64,000 bases of DNA. It comes from Armatimonadota bacterium. GTDB taxonomy: Bacteria > Armatimonadota > DTGP01 > JAKQQT01. This document shows, piece by piece, positions 8,986 to 18,174 of the stretch; the stretch's first letter is position 1, and each line of letters opens with the position of its first letter. The position numbers and the translations under genes are program-made. The notes below the pieces were generated by a model. That model was not told the origin of the DNA. It was given only the letters and a program-made list of their open reading frames with translations, and searched no databases. The stretch is from contig DASXUL010000185.1 of assembly GCA_036504855.1 (NCBI GenBank), positions 21,634 to 85,633 on the forward strand. Direction: 5' to 3'.

Positions 8986-10793
8986 GCCGGCGTCCGTGGT
9001 TCCGGGGAGGCCGGCGGCTTCTGGCGCACCGGCAGGCGGACGGTGGCCACGGCCCCGCCGCCCTCGGCGTTTTCCAGGTCCAGCGTGCCGCGGTGCTTTT
9101 CCACAATGCCGCGGCTGATCGCGAGGCCGAGGCCGGTGCCAGTGCTCTTGGTGGTGTAGAAGGGGCTGAACACCTGCTGGGCCGCCTCGTCCGAGAGGCC
9201 GGCGCCGTGGTCGCGGATCACAATGCACACGGTTTCGGCGCCTGGCTCGTAAGTGGAGGAGACCTCCAGCGCGCCGCCCTCGGGCATGGCCTGCGCCGCG
9301 TTGTTGAAGAGGTTCAGGAGGACCTGGGTGATCTGCTGAGGGTCCGCCACGACGCGGGGCGTGGATGGATCGATGTGGGTCTGCACGTCGAGCCCGGTGG
9401 GGTGCTGGTAGGTGATGAGGTGGAGGGCGTTGTTCAGCGTGTCGTGCAGGTCCACTTCCACCATGTGAGGTTCCTGCTTACGAGCGAACTGGAGGAGTTC
9501 GCCGGTTATGCGGGAGCACCGCTCGGTTTCCGACGTGATGGTGTCCAGGTAGCGCGCATAGGCTTCGCGGTTTGGGCCGGTTTCGTCTCTCAGGCGGCGC
9601 TGCATCAACTGGCCGCAGCCGGAGATGGCGGTAAGCGGGTTGTTGATCTCGTGGCAGACCTTGGCGGCGAGCTGGCCGATGGCGGCCAGCTTCTCGCTCT
9701 GGATGAGCTGATCCTGCTTCTCCTGCAGCTCCGCGAGCGCTTGCTGCAGGGCCTTGCGGCCGGCCTCGGCCTGCTGGTAGAGCATGCTGTTGAAGACCAC
9801 CACGCTGGCGTGTTCCACGAGGGCGTCCACGAACTCGCGATCGTCGTCGTTGAAGCCGGCGCCGTCGGACGGAGCCACCAGTTTCAGCAGGCCGATGCTC
9901 TCTCCCTCGGCCATGAGGACGCGGAGCATGCCGTGGCTGGGGCGGTCCTCCCCGGCCGGGATGGGCTCCAACGGGTTGAAGGGCTTGGCCGATACGGCGG
10001 ACTTCGGAGACTCCAGGCGGTGAACTACGTTGCCCTGATCCAGGGCCGTGAGGCTGCCGGAAAGGGCGCCGGTGCCTTCCACGGCGGCGTCCAGCATCGT
10101 TGTGAGCGATTCGTCCAGGTTGGCGCTGGTCATGCTGGTGAGGCAGGACTTCAGGTTTCGCAGGTGTTCCACGGTGACGGTGAGCTGGCGGTTGGCAGTC
10201 TCCACGTGGGCGTGGAGGCGGGCGTTCGCCACCGCGATTCCGGCCTGCACGCCGATGGAGGTAAGCAGGTCCAGGTCTTCCTGGGTGAAGGCGGCGCCAT
10301 GGACGCTGTTGTTCAGCGAGAGCACGCCCACGGGTCCGCGCGGCCCCACGAGGGGGACGCAGAGAGCGGAGTGGATGTGTTGGCGGGCGCCGGCGATCTC
10401 GAAGCGGGAGTCGTCACTGGGGTCGCCCTGGAGCATCACCGGCTCGGAGTGGACGTAAACCCACTGGGCCACGCTGCCGTCCGAGGCGATGCGGGCGCCC
10501 GGCTTCGCGTCGTCGGGGAGGCCGTGAGAGCAGACGAGCACGAGGTCCCCGCTGCGCTCGTCCGCCAGCATAACGGAAGCGGTGGCCGAGCCGATGGTGT
10601 CGCGCGAGAGCTCCATGATGCTCTGGAGCAGGGCCTCGAAGTCCAGAGTGCCGGAGAGCGCCTTCCCCACATCGTAGAGCGTTCGCAGAGCCATGCTTCG
10701 GCGCAGCAACGTGCGCCGTTCCTGGCGGGCGCGCCAAAGCAGCGCGCCGAGGGCAACGGCGGCGAGGGTGGATATGGCGGCAAGGGCATGCAT
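8982..10793 (-). CDS. Sensor histidine kinase: N-terminal TM helix, two GAF-like domains, HisKA, HATPase_c
   Basis: H-box 'HEINNPLTAISG', N-box 'LLNLFNNAAQAM', G-boxes 'IRDHGAGL' and 'GTGLGLAISRGIV'. The start was set to 'MHALAAISTLAAVALGALLW'. Confidence 0.85.
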   Translation of the reverse strand: MHALAAISTLAAVALGALLWRARQERRTLLRRSMALRTLYDVGKALSGTLDFEALLQSIMELSRDTIGSATASVMLADERSGDLVLVCSHGLPDDAKPGARIASDGSVAQWVYVHSEPVMLQGDPSDDSRFEIAGARQHIHSALCVPLVGPRGPVGVLSLNNSVHGAAFTQEDLDLLTSIGVQAGIAVANARLHAHVETANRQLTVTVEHLRNLKSCLTSMTSANLDESLTTMLDAAVEGTGALSGSLTALDQGNVVHRLESPKSAVSAKPFNPLEPIPAGEDRPSHGMLRVLMAEGESIGLLKLVAPSDGAGFNDDDREFVDALVEHASVVVFNSMLYQQAEAGRKALQQALAELQEKQDQLIQSEKLAAIGQLAAKVCHEINNPLTAISGCGQLMQRRLRDETGPNREAYARYLDTITSETERCSRITGELLQFARKQEPHMVEVDLHDTLNNALHLITYQHPTGLDVQTHIDPSTPRVVADPQQITQVLLNLFNNAAQAMPEGGALEVSSTYEPGAETVCIVIRDHGAGLSDEAAQQVFSPFYTTKSTGTGLGLAISRGIVEKHRGTLDLENAEGGGAVATVRLPVRQKPPASPEPRTPA

Positions 10794-10858
10794 GGTTGTG
10801 GCAGTGCAGTTCTGATATGTACAACGTAGGAATCTGCGCGGCTCCAGAAGATACCGCG

Positions 10859-11018
10859 CTCCCACGTCATTCCGAGCGCAGCGAGGAATCTCGGCCTAGC
10901 GTTTCGAGGCAGTCGGGGTCTCAAGTACCCGCTTAAGCCTTTGCCCGGGTGCTTGTCACGTTGCGCCATGTGATGGGTCAGGACGAGATTCCTCGCTGCG
11001 CTCGGAATGACGTGGGAG
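10859..11018. mobile_element. MITE-like element: 35-bp perfect terminal inverted repeats around a ~90-bp core
   Basis: 10859..10893 'ctcccacgtcattccgagcgcagcgaggaatctcg' is the exact reverse complement of 10984..11018. Lies in the gap between the response-regulator and kinase genes. Confidence 0.6.
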
Positions 11019-11084
11019 GGAGCGATTCACGCTTAACGGAGCGCCGCCGCGTGCCCCGTGCCGCTTGTGGTGTTTGGCCCAATC

Positions 11085-12461
11085 TCACTCCTCTTCGTTG
11101 TCCGCCATCCCGTACTCGCGGACCTTGGTGCGCAGGGTCTTGCGGTCGATGCCGAGAATGGCGGCGGCCTTGCTCTGGTTCCCCTCGCATGATTCCAGGG
11201 TGGCGAGGATGTGGCGGCGCTCCACCTCGCGCAGGGTGAGGCCGGCCGTGCCCTCCGTCGGGGCCGCGGCGGAGAGGGCCGGCGCGGCCGCGGCGGCGCC
11301 GGAGAGCAGAAGGTCGCGCGCTTGGAGGCAATCGTCGTTGGCGAGGATCACGGCGCGCTCGATGCAGTTCTCCAATTCGCGGATGTTGCCGCGCCAGTTG
11401 TGACGCTTCAGCATTTCGAGCCCCTCATCGGAGACGCTGAGGACCCGCTTGGCGGTCTCCTGGTTGTACTTGGCGATGAAGTGCGTAACGAGGCGCGGCA
11501 CGTCATCCGGGCGCTCGCGCAGAGGCGGGAGATGGATGCTGATGACGTTGAGGCGGTAATACAGGTCCTCGCGGAAGGAACCTTCTTCCATGGCGGCCTC
11601 GAGGTCGCGGTTGGTGGCGGCCACGATGCGCACGTTCACCTGCAGGGTTTCCTGCCCGCCAACGCGCTCAAACTGCTTCTCCTGCAGAACGCGCAGGAGC
11701 TTCACCTGCGTGGCGGGGGTGATGTCGCCGATCTCGTCCAGGAAAAGAGTGCCGCCGTCGGCCAGTTCGAAGCGGCCGGCGCGGCGGGCCACGGCGTTGG
11801 TGAAGGCGCCCTTCTCGTGTCCGAAGAGCTCGCTTTCCAGGAGGCTCTCCGGTAGCGCGGCGCAGTTGACCTTGATGAACGGCCCCTCGGCGCGGTTGCT
11901 CTGATAATGGATGGCGCGGGCCAGGAACTCCTTGCCGGTGCCGGTTTCGCCGAGGATGAGGACGCTGGCGTTGCTGTCCGCCACGCGGGCCGCCATGAGG
12001 TAGGCTTCCTGCACCTCGCGGCTGTGGCCGATGACGTTGTCGAAGTTGTAGCGGCTTTTCAGCTCGCCGAGGAGGTAGCGGTTTTCGTCGATGAGGCGCG
12101 TTCGTTCCAGGGCGCGATCGACGAGGAGCTGAACCTCATCCAGGTCGAACGGCTTGGTGATGAAATCGTAGGCGCCCTGGCGCATGGCCTTGATGGCGGT
12201 CTGCACGGAAGCGTAGGCGGTCATGATAATGACCGCGGTATCCGGGTTCTTCCGCTTCAAGGCGTCCAGGATGTCGAGTCCGGAGGCGCCGGGGAGGCTG
12301 AGGTCCACCAGGGCAGCGTCGTATTTGCGCTCCGCGGCCTCCATGGCGGATTTCCCATCGAAGGCGGTTTCCACGGTGAAGCCCGGCCCGGCCAGAAGGT
12401 CGGTAAGCACCGTTCTGATGCCCGCCTCGTCATCCACCACCAAGATCCTCTTGCTCGCCAT
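11085..12461 (-). CDS. Sigma-54-dependent response regulator (REC, AAA+ activator, Fis-type HTH); FlgR/FleR/FlrC-like
   Basis: 'ILVVDDE..D', Walker A 'GETGTGKE', GAFTGA-type loop 'GHEKGAFTNA', 'RGNIRELEN', and C-terminal HTH 'GNQSKAAAILGIDRKTL'. The start was trimmed to 'MASKRILVVDD' at 12461. Confidence 0.9.
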   Translation of the reverse strand: MASKRILVVDDEAGIRTVLTDLLAGPGFTVETAFDGKSAMEAAERKYDAALVDLSLPGASGLDILDALKRKNPDTAVIIMTAYASVQTAIKAMRQGAYDFITKPFDLDEVQLLVDRALERTRLIDENRYLLGELKSRYNFDNVIGHSREVQEAYLMAARVADSNASVLILGETGTGKEFLARAIHYQSNRAEGPFIKVNCAALPESLLESELFGHEKGAFTNAVARRAGRFELADGGTLFLDEIGDITPATQVKLLRVLQEKQFERVGGQETLQVNVRIVAATNRDLEAAMEEGSFREDLYYRLNVISIHLPPLRERPDDVPRLVTHFIAKYNQETAKRVLSVSDEGLEMLKRHNWRGNIRELENCIERAVILANDDCLQARDLLLSGAAAAAPALSAAAPTEGTAGLTLREVERRHILATLESCEGNQSKAAAILGIDRKTLRTKVREYGMADNEEE

Positions 12462-12525
12462 GCACAGCCTTTCGATGGGTCCGGCGACGCCGGCCCGAAG
12501 ATTACCATGCTTACTATCGGCATCC

Positions 12526-12541
12526 GGGCACGCCAATTGCA
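12526..12541 (+). promoter_or_regulatory. Sigma-54 (-24/-12) promoter of the flgF operon
   Basis: 'GGGCAC GCCAA TTGCA' against consensus TGGCAC-N5-TTGCA, with correct GG-N10-GC spacing. Lies ~85 nt upstream of the flgF ATG. The same 20-mer recurs upstream of flhB. Confidence 0.7.
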
Positions 12542-12623
12542 GTACCAATGCGAGCGCGGACAGCGCGGCTTCGGCTGCATGGGTTGGGATTTCCGCCGCG
12601 CTGGTTTTCGGAGAGGCTCTGGA

Positions 12624-13334
12624 ATGATACGAGGCATCACATCGGCGGCGCAGGGGATGATGGCGCAGATGGCGGCGCAGGACGTTACGGCAAACAACCT
12701 CGCCAACGTAAACACGTCTGGTTTCAAGCGTGACGTGCCGGCGTTCTCCGTCTTCCTGACAGGCGCCGACGGCGCCGCGCCCATCACCCAACTGGACACC
12801 CAGGCCGGCTGCGATTTTGCGCAGGGCTCGCTGAAGCAGACGGACGACAAGCTGAATTTCGCGCTGGAGGGCGACGGTTTCTTCAGCGTGCAAACGGCCG
12901 CCGGCGTGGCGTACACGCGAGACGGTTCCTTCACGCTTTCCGCCGACGGCGCCCTGGTTACCGGCTCCGGCGACGCGGTGCTTGGGGCAAACGGCCCCAT
13001 CAAGCTGGCCCCGGGATCGTTCAGCGTGGACGAGCGGGGCGTGATTACCCAGAACGGAAAGGCCGTGGACACGCTGAAGGTCGTTTCCTTCGCCGATCCG
13101 CAGGGGCTCCGCAAACTCGGGGGCAACCTCATTACGGCGCCGTTCACGCAGGCCACGAACGCCGCGACGACCACGAAGGTGCGCCAGGGTTACCTGGAGT
13201 CATCGAACGTGAACTCGGTTTCCGAAATGGTGAGCATGATTTCCGGTTACCGCGCCTACGAAGCGAGCCAGAAGGCCGCAACGGCGCAGGACGAGACGTT
13301 GGAAAAGCTGGTCAACGAGGTTGGCCGGGTCTGA
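12624..13334 (+). CDS. flgF: Flagellar basal-body rod protein FlgF
   Basis: '[36 protein letters not shown]' rod N-terminal motif and conserved C-terminal 'SNVNSVSEMVSMISGYRAYEA'. The start is the in-frame ATG with an upstream GGAGAGG. Confidence 0.9.
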   Translation: MIRGITSAAQGMMAQMAAQDVTANNLANVNTSGFKRDVPAFSVFLTGADGAAPITQLDTQAGCDFAQGSLKQTDDKLNFALEGDGFFSVQTAAGVAYTRDGSFTLSADGALVTGSGDAVLGANGPIKLAPGSFSVDERGVITQNGKAVDTLKVVSFADPQGLRKLGGNLITAPFTQATNAATTTKVRQGYLESSNVNSVSEMVSMISGYRAYEASQKAATAQDETLEKLVNEVGRV

Positions 13335-13383
13335 TGACGCAGTGGGGCGGCCGTAACGGCCCGCCCAGGAGACGTATGCGGTT

Positions 13384-14172
13384 ATGATGCGAGCGCTCTA
13401 CACATCGGCCACCGGGATGATGGCCCAGCAGTTGAACATGGACGTAGTGGCCAACAACCTGGCCAACGTGAACACCACCGGCTTCAAACGGAGCCGCGTG
13501 GACTTCCAGGACCTGCTGTATCAGAACACCCGCGAGGCGGGCACCACGGTCGCCAAGGGCGCCACAGTGCCCACCGGCGCCCAGACCGGCCTCGGCGTGC
13601 GTCCCGGCGCCATCCAGAAGATGTACGGACAGGGTGACCTGGAGCAGACGGATAACCCGCTGGATGTGACCATCGAGGGCGACGGGTTCTTCCAGGTCCT
13701 TCAGCCGGACGGCACCACCGCGTATACCCGCGATGGAACCCTGAAAATGGACGCCACCGGGAAGCTGGTGACCTCAGACGGATACGCGCTGCAGCCCGAG
13801 ATCACGATCCCCTCGGAAGCGAAGACGATCTCCATCGGCAGCGACGGCACGGTTTCCGTGACGATGCCCGGCCAATCGCAGCCGCAGCAGCTCGGCCAGC
13901 TCCAGATCGCCCGCTTCCTGAACCCGGCCGGGCTCAACAGCATCGGCCGCAACCTGGCGCTTCCCACCGCCGCCAGCGGCGACCCCAACGTGGGGACCCC
14001 GGGCCTGAACGGCTTCGGCACGCTGGCGCAGGGCATGATCGAGCGCAGCAATGTGAAGGTGGTTGAGGAGATGGTCAACATGATCGTCGCCCAGCGCGCC
14101 TACGAAGTGAACTCGAAGGCGATCACCACCTCGGACGAGATGCTGGGCATGGCCAACGGCCTGAAGAGGTAA
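13384..14172 (+). CDS. flgG: Flagellar distal rod protein FlgG
   Basis: '[37 protein letters not shown]...' and C-terminal '[24 protein letters not shown]'. Confidence 0.93.
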   Translation: MMRALYTSATGMMAQQLNMDVVANNLANVNTTGFKRSRVDFQDLLYQNTREAGTTVAKGATVPTGAQTGLGVRPGAIQKMYGQGDLEQTDNPLDVTIEGDGFFQVLQPDGTTAYTRDGTLKMDATGKLVTSDGYALQPEITIPSEAKTISIGSDGTVSVTMPGQSQPQQLGQLQIARFLNPAGLNSIGRNLALPTAASGDPNVGTPGLNGFGTLAQGMIERSNVKVVEEMVNMIVAQRAYEVNSKAITTSDEMLGMANGLKR

Positions 14173-14178
14173 TCCGCG

Positions 14179-15249
14179 ATGACGCGCTGGACCGATGACG
14201 AACTCAGAATGGGAGCCCGGCGGCCGGTGGTTGCGACCATCGCGGCGTCCGCGGGGTGGAAGCGCCCGTCGTTCCTGCAAGCGCTGGGGATGACGCTGGG
14301 GCGTTTCCGGACCTGGCTGCTTCCAGCAGTTGTTCTGGCGGCGTTGTCCGCTCCGGCGCACGCCGCCGCAATGGCCCGCATCCAGGCGGAGGCGTTGGTG
14401 AAGGGTGACGCAGTGCGGCTCGGCGACATGGCGAAGATCACCGGCGATGCCGCAACCCGCGCCAAACTGTCGCAGGTCGAAGTGGGGCCGTCGCCGCTGC
14501 CGGGCTACTCGCGCAGCATCAGCCTCGATTACGTTCGCATCCGGTTGCGCCAGCGTAACCTGGACCCGGCGCTGATCAGCGCCGATTCCGCCGCGCAGTG
14601 CAAGGTAACCCGCTCGTCGCAAACAGTGGGCGCGGACAGGCTGGTGGAGGCCGCGCGGGCATTTGTGGAGGGCTCCATGGAGGCCGGTGACGGTCGCGTG
14701 GTGGTTGAGCCGTCGAGCCGTCCCCGAGACCTGACTTTGCCGGATGGCCGGTTGGAGCTGACAGCGGCGGACGCCGGCACGCCCACCGGCGCGTTCCGGC
14801 GCATCGCGATCCGCGCGATGGTGGAAGGTGAGGAAGCGGGCCGGGTGGATGTGTCGCTAAGGGTGCGTCGCTACAGCAATGTGGCCGTGGCGAAGCGAAC
14901 GATCCCTCGCGGCGAATCCGTTGTCGCCGACGCCGTTACGTATGAGGAGCGCGACCTGACGTCGCTGCCCGAAGACGCCCTCACGGAAGCCACGGCTCTG
15001 AACGGATTGCAGGCCACGCAGCCTATCGCCGCGGGCTCCGTGCTGACGGCTCGCGCCGCCGCGGAACCGCCACTGGTGCACCGGGGCGACTCGGTGACGA
15101 TCGTCGCCCGCATCGGGAGCATCGAAGTGAGCGCCTCCGGCGTGGCCGGCGAGGACGGACGCCTGGGGCAGAGCATCCGCGTGAAGAATGGTTTGCAGGA
15201 GACGCGGGCCACGGTTGTGGACGCTCGCACCGTGGAAGCGGCGCTGTGA
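14179..15249 (+). CDS. flgA: Flagellar P-ring assembly chaperone FlgA
   Basis: SAF-type C-terminus 'IAAGSVLTARAAAEPPLVHRGDSVTIVARIGSIEVSASGVAGEDGRLGQSIRVKN'. A signal-peptide-like 'MTLGRFRTWLLPAVVLAALSAPAHA' suggests the true start is 14290. Confidence 0.8.
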   Translation: MTRWTDDELRMGARRPVVATIAASAGWKRPSFLQALGMTLGRFRTWLLPAVVLAALSAPAHAAAMARIQAEALVKGDAVRLGDMAKITGDAATRAKLSQVEVGPSPLPGYSRSISLDYVRIRLRQRNLDPALISADSAAQCKVTRSSQTVGADRLVEAARAFVEGSMEAGDGRVVVEPSSRPRDLTLPDGRLELTAADAGTPTGAFRRIAIRAMVEGEEAGRVDVSLRVRRYSNVAVAKRTIPRGESVVADAVTYEERDLTSLPEDALTEATALNGLQATQPIAAGSVLTARAAAEPPLVHRGDSVTIVARIGSIEVSASGVAGEDGRLGQSIRVKNGLQETRATVVDARTVEAAL

Positions 15250-15866
15250 TGATGAGGGGAATCGATGAGATGAAACGTACCGGAGTCTTAATCGGTGTGG
15301 TGATTGGGCTGTGCGCCGCGGGGCGCGCGGACTCGTTGTGGAAGTCGGAGCCAAAGCCCGAGGCCAGGGCGTCGTCGGGTTCGATGTACGTCGATATGCG
15401 CGCCGCCAAGGTAGGCGACCTGGTGACCATCCTGGTGACCGAAACCTCCAGCGCAACGCAGCAAGCGAGCACCTCGGTAACGAAGAAGGACACTGTGAAC
15501 ACCGCCGCCGGCGCAGGCGCGCTGTTGAGGATCCTGCCGGCGTGGAAGGTGAGCGGCAGCACGGATGCGGCCGCGCAGGGCAGCACCGCCCGCAGCGCCA
15601 ACCTCACCGCGCGCATCACCGCCAAGGTCATCGCCGTGAACCCCAACGGCACGCTGACCCTCGAAGGCACGCGCGACGTGAAGGCGAACGACGAAACCCA
15701 GATGCTGCGCATCACCGGCACGGTGCGCCGTGAGGACATCGCCTCGGACAACACCGTGCAGAGCGCCTATCTGGCGGATGCCAAAATCGACTACACGGGC
15801 AAGGGCCCCATCGCCGAGCGCCAGAAGCCTGGCCTCATCACCCGCATCTTCAAGATCCTGTTCTAA
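15246..15866 (+). CDS. flgH: Flagellar L-ring lipoprotein FlgH
   Basis: Lipobox 'VIGLCAAG', 'VGDLVTILVTETSSA', and 'IAVNPNGTLTLEGTRDVKANDETQMLRITGTVRREDI'. The start may be the Met at 15270. Confidence 0.9.
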   Translation: MMMRGIDEMKRTGVLIGVVIGLCAAGRADSLWKSEPKPEARASSGSMYVDMRAAKVGDLVTILVTETSSATQQASTSVTKKDTVNTAAGAGALLRILPAWKVSGSTDAAAQGSTARSANLTARITAKVIAVNPNGTLTLEGTRDVKANDETQMLRITGTVRREDIASDNTVQSAYLADAKIDYTGKGPIAERQKPGLITRIFKILF

Positions 15867-15887
15867 CTGCCCCGGGGCGCCAAAACC

Positions 15888-16979
15888 ATGCGTATACTCA
15901 GTGCTATCATCCTGTCCCTCCTGGCGGGTTCGACCTTCGCCCAGACCGTGCGCGTGAAGGATCTTGCCCGGCTGGAAGGCGTGCGGGCCAACCAACTTGT
16001 GGGCTACGGCCTGGTTGTGGGCCTGGATGGAACCGGCGACTCCAAGCAGACGCTGTTCACCGTGCAGAGCACGGTGAGCATGCTCAACCGCATGGGGGTT
16101 ACCGTGCCGAACGGCCAGGTGAACCTGAAGAACGTGGCCGCAGTGATGGTGACCGCGGATCTCGTAGCGTTCGCCCGCAACGGCGATCGGATCGACGTAA
16201 CCGTCTCCTCACTGGGTGATGCTCGCACCCTGCAGGGCGGCGTGTTGCTGCAGACTCCCCTGAACGGCGCGGACGGCGGCACATATGCGGTGGCGCAGGG
16301 CGCGGTGAGCATCGGCGGGTTCTCGGCCGGCGGCGGCGGCTCCACCACCGTGAAGAACCACCCCACCGTGGGCCGTATCCCCAACGGCGCCATGGTGGAA
16401 AAGGAGGTGCCCATGTCGATCAGCGAAGACAACCACCTCGTTCTTTCGCTGAGTCGGGCGGATTTCACCTCCGCCGCGCGCATCGCCAAGGCGATCGAAG
16501 TGAGCACGGGCGCAACCGCCACCGCTGAAGATGCGGGCCGCGTGAAGGTCGATATCCCCGCGAAATGGCGCGGCAATCCCGTTCCGTTCGTGGCGCAGGT
16601 GGATGACGTGAGCGTGGACGTTGAGCCGGTGTCGAAGGTTGTCATCAATGAGCGCACCGGGACCATTGTGATCGGCGGCGCCGTTCGCCTATCGCCGGTG
16701 GCCGTGGCCCACGCGGGGCTCACGGTGAGCGTGAAGACGACGCCGGTGGTCAGCCAGCCCGCGCCGCTTTCGAAGAACGGCACAACCGTGATCGTCCCGA
16801 AGACGAAGACCACCGTTTCGGAGCCGCCCGCCAACACCGTGCTGATTGACGGCGGTGACACGGTTGAAGACCTGATCCGCGCGCTGAACGCCATCAAGGC
16901 GACCCCGCGCGATATCATCGCCATCATTCAGGCCATCAAGGAAGCCGGCGGCCTGCAGGCAGAGCTCGAGGTGTTGTGA
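15888..16979 (+). CDS. flgI: Flagellar P-ring protein FlgI
   Basis: Signal peptide followed by 'VRVKDLARLEGVRANQLVGYGLVVGLDGTGD', and C-terminal 'LIRALNAIKATPRDIIAIIQAIKEAGGLQAELEV'. Confidence 0.93.
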   Translation: MRILSAIILSLLAGSTFAQTVRVKDLARLEGVRANQLVGYGLVVGLDGTGDSKQTLFTVQSTVSMLNRMGVTVPNGQVNLKNVAAVMVTADLVAFARNGDRIDVTVSSLGDARTLQGGVLLQTPLNGADGGTYAVAQGAVSIGGFSAGGGGSTTVKNHPTVGRIPNGAMVEKEVPMSISEDNHLVLSLSRADFTSAARIAKAIEVSTGATATAEDAGRVKVDIPAKWRGNPVPFVAQVDDVSVDVEPVSKVVINERTGTIVIGGAVRLSPVAVAHAGLTVSVKTTPVVSQPAPLSKNGTTVIVPKTKTTVSEPPANTVLIDGGDTVEDLIRALNAIKATPRDIIAIIQAIKEAGGLQAELEVL

Positions 16980-17320
16980 TGAGGCTTCCCCCAGCCGCGC
17001 TTCCCATGGAGGCAAAACAGTTATTTAAGTCCCTGACCCGCCCTGCCGAAAACCCGGATGTCAAGAAGTCGAGTCAGATCGACGGAGCCAAAGAGCAGAC
17101 GAAGCTCAAGGCGACGTGCCAGGACTTCGAAAGCGTCTTTCTGAACATGATGCTCAGCAAGATGCGCGAAGCAGTGCCGAAGGACGATCTGATGGGGGAG
17201 AGCCGCGGCGAAGATGTTTTTCGCGGCATGCTCGACGAAGAGTTGTCCAAGAATATGGCGGCCGGGGGCGGTGTGGGTTTGGCGCGAATGCTTTACGAGC
17301 AACTGAGCACGCGCAAATAG
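16976..17320 (+). CDS. flgJ: FlgJ-like rod-binding protein (N-terminal Rod_binding domain only, no muramidase domain)
   Basis: 114 aa. 'LKATCQDFESVFLNMMLSKMRE' and 'FRGMLDEELSKNMA' are rod-binding motifs. The gene ends after this domain. Confidence 0.8.
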   Translation: MMRLPPAALPMEAKQLFKSLTRPAENPDVKKSSQIDGAKEQTKLKATCQDFESVFLNMMLSKMREAVPKDDLMGESRGEDVFRGMLDEELSKNMAAGGGVGLARMLYEQLSTRK

Positions 17321-17348
17321 CCCGCATCCCGCGCCGGCCGGGAGGGTT

Positions 17349-17636
17349 ATGAACATGCGCATCGCCGGCAATCAGATTCAGCAGGTCGTTGGGACCTATC
17401 TGAAGCAGACAAAGAAGACCGACGCGCCTGGAACGGCGCAACCGGTAGCGGACGAGGCGACCTTTTCGGAGCGGGCCACGGATATCGCGAAGGCCCGGCA
17501 GGCGTACGACGCCGTGCCGGAAGTCCGTGAGGATCTGGTGGCCAGCCTGAAGGCCCGCATCGCCAACGATACCTATCGCCCGCAAGACGAACAGGTCGCG
17601 GAAGCGATCATCCGAGGACAAACGTCGCAGGAATGA
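17349..17636 (+). CDS. flgM: Anti-sigma-28 factor FlgM
   Basis: 95 aa in the flgM position. C-terminal 'VREDLVASLKARIANDTYRPQDEQVAEAII' matches the FlgM sigma-28-binding helix pattern. Confidence 0.8.
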   Translation: MNMRIAGNQIQQVVGTYLKQTKKTDAPGTAQPVADEATFSERATDIAKARQAYDAVPEVREDLVASLKARIANDTYRPQDEQVAEAIIRGQTSQE

Positions 17637-17670
17637 GCCGTCCACACAGGGTGGCGCGTCTCCTGAGACC

Positions 17671-18159
17671 ATGAAGGCACGCAGTATGGACGAGACACTG
17701 AACACCCTGCAGAACATCCTGTCGCGACAGATCGCCATCTATGGCGAACTGGCCTCGCTTGCGGAACAGCAGCGCGAGGCGCTGATCTACCGTCGCACGG
17801 ACGCGCTCTCCGAGATCGCCGTCGCCCAGACGAAGCTGATCGGGCACTCCGTTCGGCTGGATCTCCAGGTGAAGGACGCGCTGAACGCCGCCGGTCTGCC
17901 CTCGCTCGCCGAGGCGATTCAGCAGGCGGAGGAGAAGACCAGCCGCCGCCTACAGGACCTGCGCGGCCGCGTGGTGGCCGCCGCGGAGCAGTTGTCCCGC
18001 ATCAGCCGCATCAACGCCGAGCTCTTCGAAAACGCGATGGACTCCATCCGCTTTACCATCCAGATCCTTGCCGGAGCCGCGCAGACGCCGGAACCGTGCT
18101 ACGCGCTGGCGGACAAGGGCCGCGGCGTGAACTCGTTCCTCGTGGACCATCACGCCTGA
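17671..18159 (+). CDS. flgN: Flagellar export chaperone FlgN
   Basis: 162-aa helical protein between flgM and flgK. 'LQNILSRQIAIYGELASLAEQQREALI' is a FlgN-like N-terminus. Confidence 0.7.
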   Translation: MKARSMDETLNTLQNILSRQIAIYGELASLAEQQREALIYRRTDALSEIAVAQTKLIGHSVRLDLQVKDALNAAGLPSLAEAIQQAEEKTSRRLQDLRGRVVAAAEQLSRISRINAELFENAMDSIRFTIQILAGAAQTPEPCYALADKGRGVNSFLVDHHA

Positions 18160-18174
18160 ACCGGAGCGTATATC

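Noticed and set aside
7582-9228. ORF-track N-terminal extensions of rpoN (to 9228), the response regulator (to 12893), tdk (to 3787), the M24 peptidase (to 45800), the NTase gene (to 7395), parD (to 63316) and others.
   Set aside because: The extensions overlap upstream genes or intergenic repeats and translate to Arg/Pro-rich junk. Internal Met codons with SD-like sequences give canonical family N-termini.
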